Positions 59,701 to 64,000 of a stretch of 64,000 bases of DNA are shown piece after piece. The DNA is taken from assembly GCF_000143415.4 (NCBI RefSeq), contig NW_003314303.1:209589-273588 (forward strand), read 5' to 3'. The translations under genes were made by a program, and so were the position numbers. This stretch comes from Selaginella moellendorffii. Taxonomy: Eukaryota; Plantae; Lycopodiophyta. A model generated the notes under the pieces. The model ran no database searches, was not told the DNA's origin, and saw only the letters and a list, made by a program, of their open reading frames with translations. Position 1 is the stretch's first letter. Each line of letters starts with the position of its first letter.

Positions 59701-62700
59701 ATGCATCCATATCAGTGTGGTGGGTTCTTTAGGCCATCTCACATATTAACAAACTTGTTCTAGCCCCTAGAGTGCAAGCTTGGGTAAGCCTTTCCTTTGA
59801 AGATGATATGTATAAACTTTCACACCACTTGTAGAATCATTTGGCATATCAATCTTCAAGGGACATAGAAGACATGATAGGTTTGATGCTTATGAATGTT
59901 GAAGGTGCAACACTCCCTTAGATATTACTTTCCTTTTTTCTATTACCTAAAGTATGTTTAATGTCTTAGGAACTCATTGCTGTGAGGAATTGGGCTCTTC
60001 TAATGCACTAGAAAGGTCTTAATCTTGATGAGCAATATCTCCTACACTTGGATTTGTCTATTGAATGTGCAATAGCTAACGTTGAAGGTGTGGCTCTTCC
60101 AATTTATATTAATACTAGTCTTCCTTTTGCAACACCAGTCAAGAAGTGGGAAAAAAAAATTCTTTCTCCCCTATTTGCCCTGCTTATGCAGGAAAAGCAT
60201 AAATAAGGGTTGTTTGCTATGCTCTAACCACATGAGTGTGATTAATTATTAAGCCAAAAATATTTCATCTTTTTCTAGGGTTTGAACTATTGTGTGTGCT
60301 TTTTTTAAGGAACTAGAGCTTTGCTTTTACACTCTAGTCACAACACTCCATGGTAAGCCTTTTGCATTTCCTCTCATCTCCATGACAAATCTTTTCTCTC
60401 TGTTTTTTTTCCCCATAGGCAAGAAGTAAAGACCCAGCATAAATACATGAAGGTCAAGGTATTTCCCCCCAGAGTAGTGCTAGAAACAATGCTCTAGGTG
60501 ATACTAAAGAACCTCATGATCTTCCCTTTATGTCCAATTTGCAAACCACATATGTGGGCTTAGTTTCAATAGAGCATGCAAGGGTGCAACTAATTAATGC
60601 ACCACCTTGAGCAGTTAACAACCCTCCACCAAATATCTCCTTCCAATCAAACCATGAGTAGCTCTCCACTAGGATCTAGAAATCTACTCCAAGGCTTAGG
60701 TGCTCTACAAGCCTAAAGAGCCCAATTGATTGATAGTGCTATTGATAGCACCCCAATGCAATTGCTTTAGATGCAATAAATACCACAATTGGTGGGTAGC
60801 ACCCCAATGCAATCACTACAATTGCAACAAATACTAACACTAACAAGTAGTATAAACTCCATTAAGTAGTAGTAGCTCCTTTATAATCTAAAGCTTGAGT
60901 CTGCCACCCAATTCATATTGAGGGGAGTCTAGAGTCATCACACCACCCCCACTACATTCTAGATGCTTTGTTCTACCTCCTTCCAATCTGGCTCAAGGGG
61001 AGGACTAACTCTCCATGGATTCAATCTATATTCTTCCTCGAAGAGAGCTAGTACTATAAGTGCTTTCCAAATATTTTTAATTTTAGTTCTCAATTACATC
61101 ACCCCACCCTTAAATCGTCCATTTGGATCTTTATTCTCAACTTCTTCCCAAAGCTTGCCAATTGAATCACTAGTGCAATATGTTATTGTTTGCTCCATAA
61201 TATATAACCAACAATATTTTATTTTTTTATGTCCATAATTGTTGTCTCCTTTAGTTGCCACTATCTAGACATGCTAACAACAACTACTAGAGCCTCTCCT
61301 CTTGGTGTGGGAGGCCTAAACGCTAGTCCAAGGTGATAGGAGCTAATAGTGGTGAGAGCTCCTTAAGTGTGTTATAAATCTCATGGAGAAACAAATTGCT
61401 ATTCCTGTAATTTATACTTTGTGCCTCTATAGGAAATAAAGGGAGCCAATAATGAAGATCCTACAATTTAAAGATGTCCTCTTGCAACTTCTAGAATGCA
61501 TGCCATAGGAGGAATTTACCTCAAAGTTTGTTTTCACCTAAGCATTGTTTAATATACTATCTAAGAGCACCTTTCAACATTCTAATGCAAGTTTTTAGTA
61601 TTGGAGCATTTGTTTGGTGATCAAGACAATCCAATAGGCTGATCCCCCACCTACTTTGCAAGGGCTGAGATGAGTTCTAAGCCAATATTAATCACCACCA
61701 CCAACTCCCATAAAACAACTATTGGCAATAGACACAACTAAAACACTAGTAATGGAGAGGCAAGAGCCTCTTACTACTGACAATGATGTCAATGAGGAAG
61801 AGGAAGTTGATGAGGAAGAAAATAATAGGCCACACAATGAGCAAGATGAAGTAGAGCCTTCTTTATCTTAAAAATTCCCATCTTAAGGAGCCGATACTAG
61901 TAAGTCTTTCTTTCCTTCCTCATGCAAGTCCTCACCAAAGGCACCATCTACTCTTGCAATGTAGCCTATGGTAGTCTCAAATAGTGATGATGGTTTTGGG
62001 CCAGAAGATCCTATAGAGCCCACCACCTTTTAGTGACAAGGACTACTAAACACCACTCCCACTAGTAAAAATGGTCAACTCAATAACAACTCAAGTGTAA
62101 ATGGTCTAGTTGTGGAGCACGTGTTTAATGTATATTATTATTGATTTGTGCAATTTTGAGTTGAAGCAAAGTGCATGGATAGATGCTGCCATGGCTTATA
62201 ACCACACATTGGAGTTGGCCATGCAACCCAAGGCTATCAATAACATGGTTAATTTCCAAGAAATTGGAGCTATAGAGGATGTAATGTCAGTACTAAAGCT
62301 TGCAATAGTGAATGATCTTGACCTAATGGCACATATATGTTGGCTTAAGCAAAAAGTGCTTGGAAAATATGGAGTGTTAACATAAGAAGGTGAGTATTGG
62401 TTAGAAATCCTAGGAGACCATGAAGAATTCAAATGACTTGGTGGGGAGTAATTCCTCTAACGTGTCCTCAATGTCAATTCCATGCCATATTGGTAAGAAT
62501 GGGAGCCTGTTCTCATGAGACTCAAACTAAATGAGAGTAAATTTGAAGATATGTTTTGGTATAGGGCCATTACTACCTTAGGCTAGACCTAGCATCACAA
62601 CTTCAATATTGGAGACAATTGCTATATGGCTCTATGATTAAGGGTAAGTCATTACTTTTTTGCCTATTTATGGTGGGTGTTTTACATGTTTGTAGGCTCC

Positions 62701-62983
62701 AGGACAAGTTCAACAAGTTGCACAAACTATATGAGAATGCAAACACTCTATACTACTAGTTCTCAAGGTTTATAATAGAGAATGCAATGCTTCCATCATA
62801 TACGAGGGCATAAAGGAAATTAAAATTAGTAAATCTATTAGTGATTTTTACAAAAAAAATCTAAGTTTCACATAATCTAGATATCTCCCCAAAAATAGTT
62901 TAGTAGTTTTCATCTTCAACTAGAATTGTGAAATCCAAACTCAAGTGAAATCCAAATCCAAACTTCATGGAGCCTTGAATTAG

Positions 62984-63185
62984 TGTTATGATCCGGCGCA
63001 AAAAGACAGAAAACTAATCTCCTTACTACACCACCTTTTGAGGTTCCTCCCCACCCAACCACCCCCGAGATATCTCAAAAGCTCCACTATGCCACCACTC
63101 CACTATAGGTTAAGTCCCTTACCCTAATATGCCTTAATATACCCTTGACCAATGTTGACCACATGGTCAAAGCTGGTGCCTAACA
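62984..63185 (-). mobile_element. 3' LTR (~202 bp) of a minus-strand gypsy element
   Basis: TGTTA...TAACA termini, with a minus-strand polypurine tract (AGGGGGGAAGA, 63188-63198) directly adjacent. Confidence 0.75.
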
Positions 63186-64000
63186 ATTCTTCCCCCCTAA
63201 CAAAAGTTTTTATCCTAAGGACGAGTTGTATCAATGATCACCCTTTCTAGGGAGCCCTACTCAAGCATTGTCCATAGTTGTATACATCAAGGAAGCATTG
63301 GGCTCGTCATTTCGAGATAATACACCTTTCAACTGGCTCACATAAAATATCGGATGAATTTTCACCCCAGCTAGCAGTTGGACTCGATAAGCTACTTTAC
63401 CAATGTACTCCAACACTTCATATGGACCAACATATCAATAGGAAAGTTTGTCACTTTTCCCTGTCCGTAAAGGCACCAAGATGTTTTGCCACTCACTTGA
63501 CGGAAAGATCACTTGCATGAAGATGAGATCACCCACTTTATATTCCTCATTAGCAAACTTCTCTATTCTATCTTAAGTTGCTTGCAAATTCTATTTGCAC
63601 ACCACCAAAATCTCATCAAGTTCTGTGGCCAAGTCAGTCGCCTCTGAATCAAGCTTGTCTTAAACATCCTTACTCAAATACAATCCTTGTTCAGGGATGC
63701 CTTCCAAACATAGCAAAGTAAAGACTTAGCTTTGTTCCACTGTGTTGGATATTTTTGTGAGCAAATTGCACCAATGGAAAATATAGATCCCATTGTCCTT
63801 GCCTTTTACCAACGCTACAATGTAGTATATCCTCCACCACCTAATTCACATGCTCGATTTGCCCATTTGTCTGAGGATGATCTCCACTTGAGAGTTTCAA
63901 AGTCACTTGCATAGCCTTCATAAAGCTCATCCAATATCCATTGGTGAACTTTCAATCTCGATCACTAATGATATCTTGTAGCAGACCAAATCAGGAAAAA
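63186..64000 (-). mobile_element. Decayed Ty3/gypsy integrase C-terminal half, continuing beyond the window
   Basis: Minus strand SFMKAMQVTLKLSSGDHPQTNGQIEHVN ... [38 protein letters not shown]. Confidence 0.85.

Noticed and set aside
62110-62385. 91-aa ORF in the TE region
   Set aside because: Probably decayed TE coding sequence; no assignable motif

Overview
Plant nuclear DNA, most likely a lycophyte of the Selaginella type. This is inferred from 44-60 nt introns, 60-170 bp intergenic gaps, intronless PLS-class PPR genes built of tandem ~31-aa motifs, and a Tat-type retroelement with an extra RNase H. Bases 1-43.3 kb are very gene-dense: PPH1/TAP38-like PP2C, MFS transporter, PsaE, tRNA-Arg(UCU), three PPR-E genes plus two PPR remnants, CTF4/AND-1, a DUF26/Gnk2 gene with an inverted dead twin, two tandem GH17 glucanases, solanesyl-PP synthase, an At5g39570/PLDrp1-like repeat protein, succinyl-CoA ligase beta, a RAN1-like Cu-ATPase with broken duplicates, a type I MADS gene and a P450 with one premature stop. 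Bases 43.6-64 kb are a transposon graveyard: long-TIR element(s), a Tat-like Ty3/gypsy with PR-aRH-RT-RH-INT order, an intron-containing IS3EU-like integrase-core transposase relic, and the 3' end of a second gypsy. The most notable observations are the IS3EU-like relic in a plant, a GH17 copy lacking its catalytic nucleophile, an ATG-less PPR ORF abutting a tRNA, a PPR with a 58-aa in-frame insertion, a P450 with a non-canonical I-helix, and an EAR-like motif in the type I MADS protein. All family assignments come from motif recognition by eye; no database searches were run.
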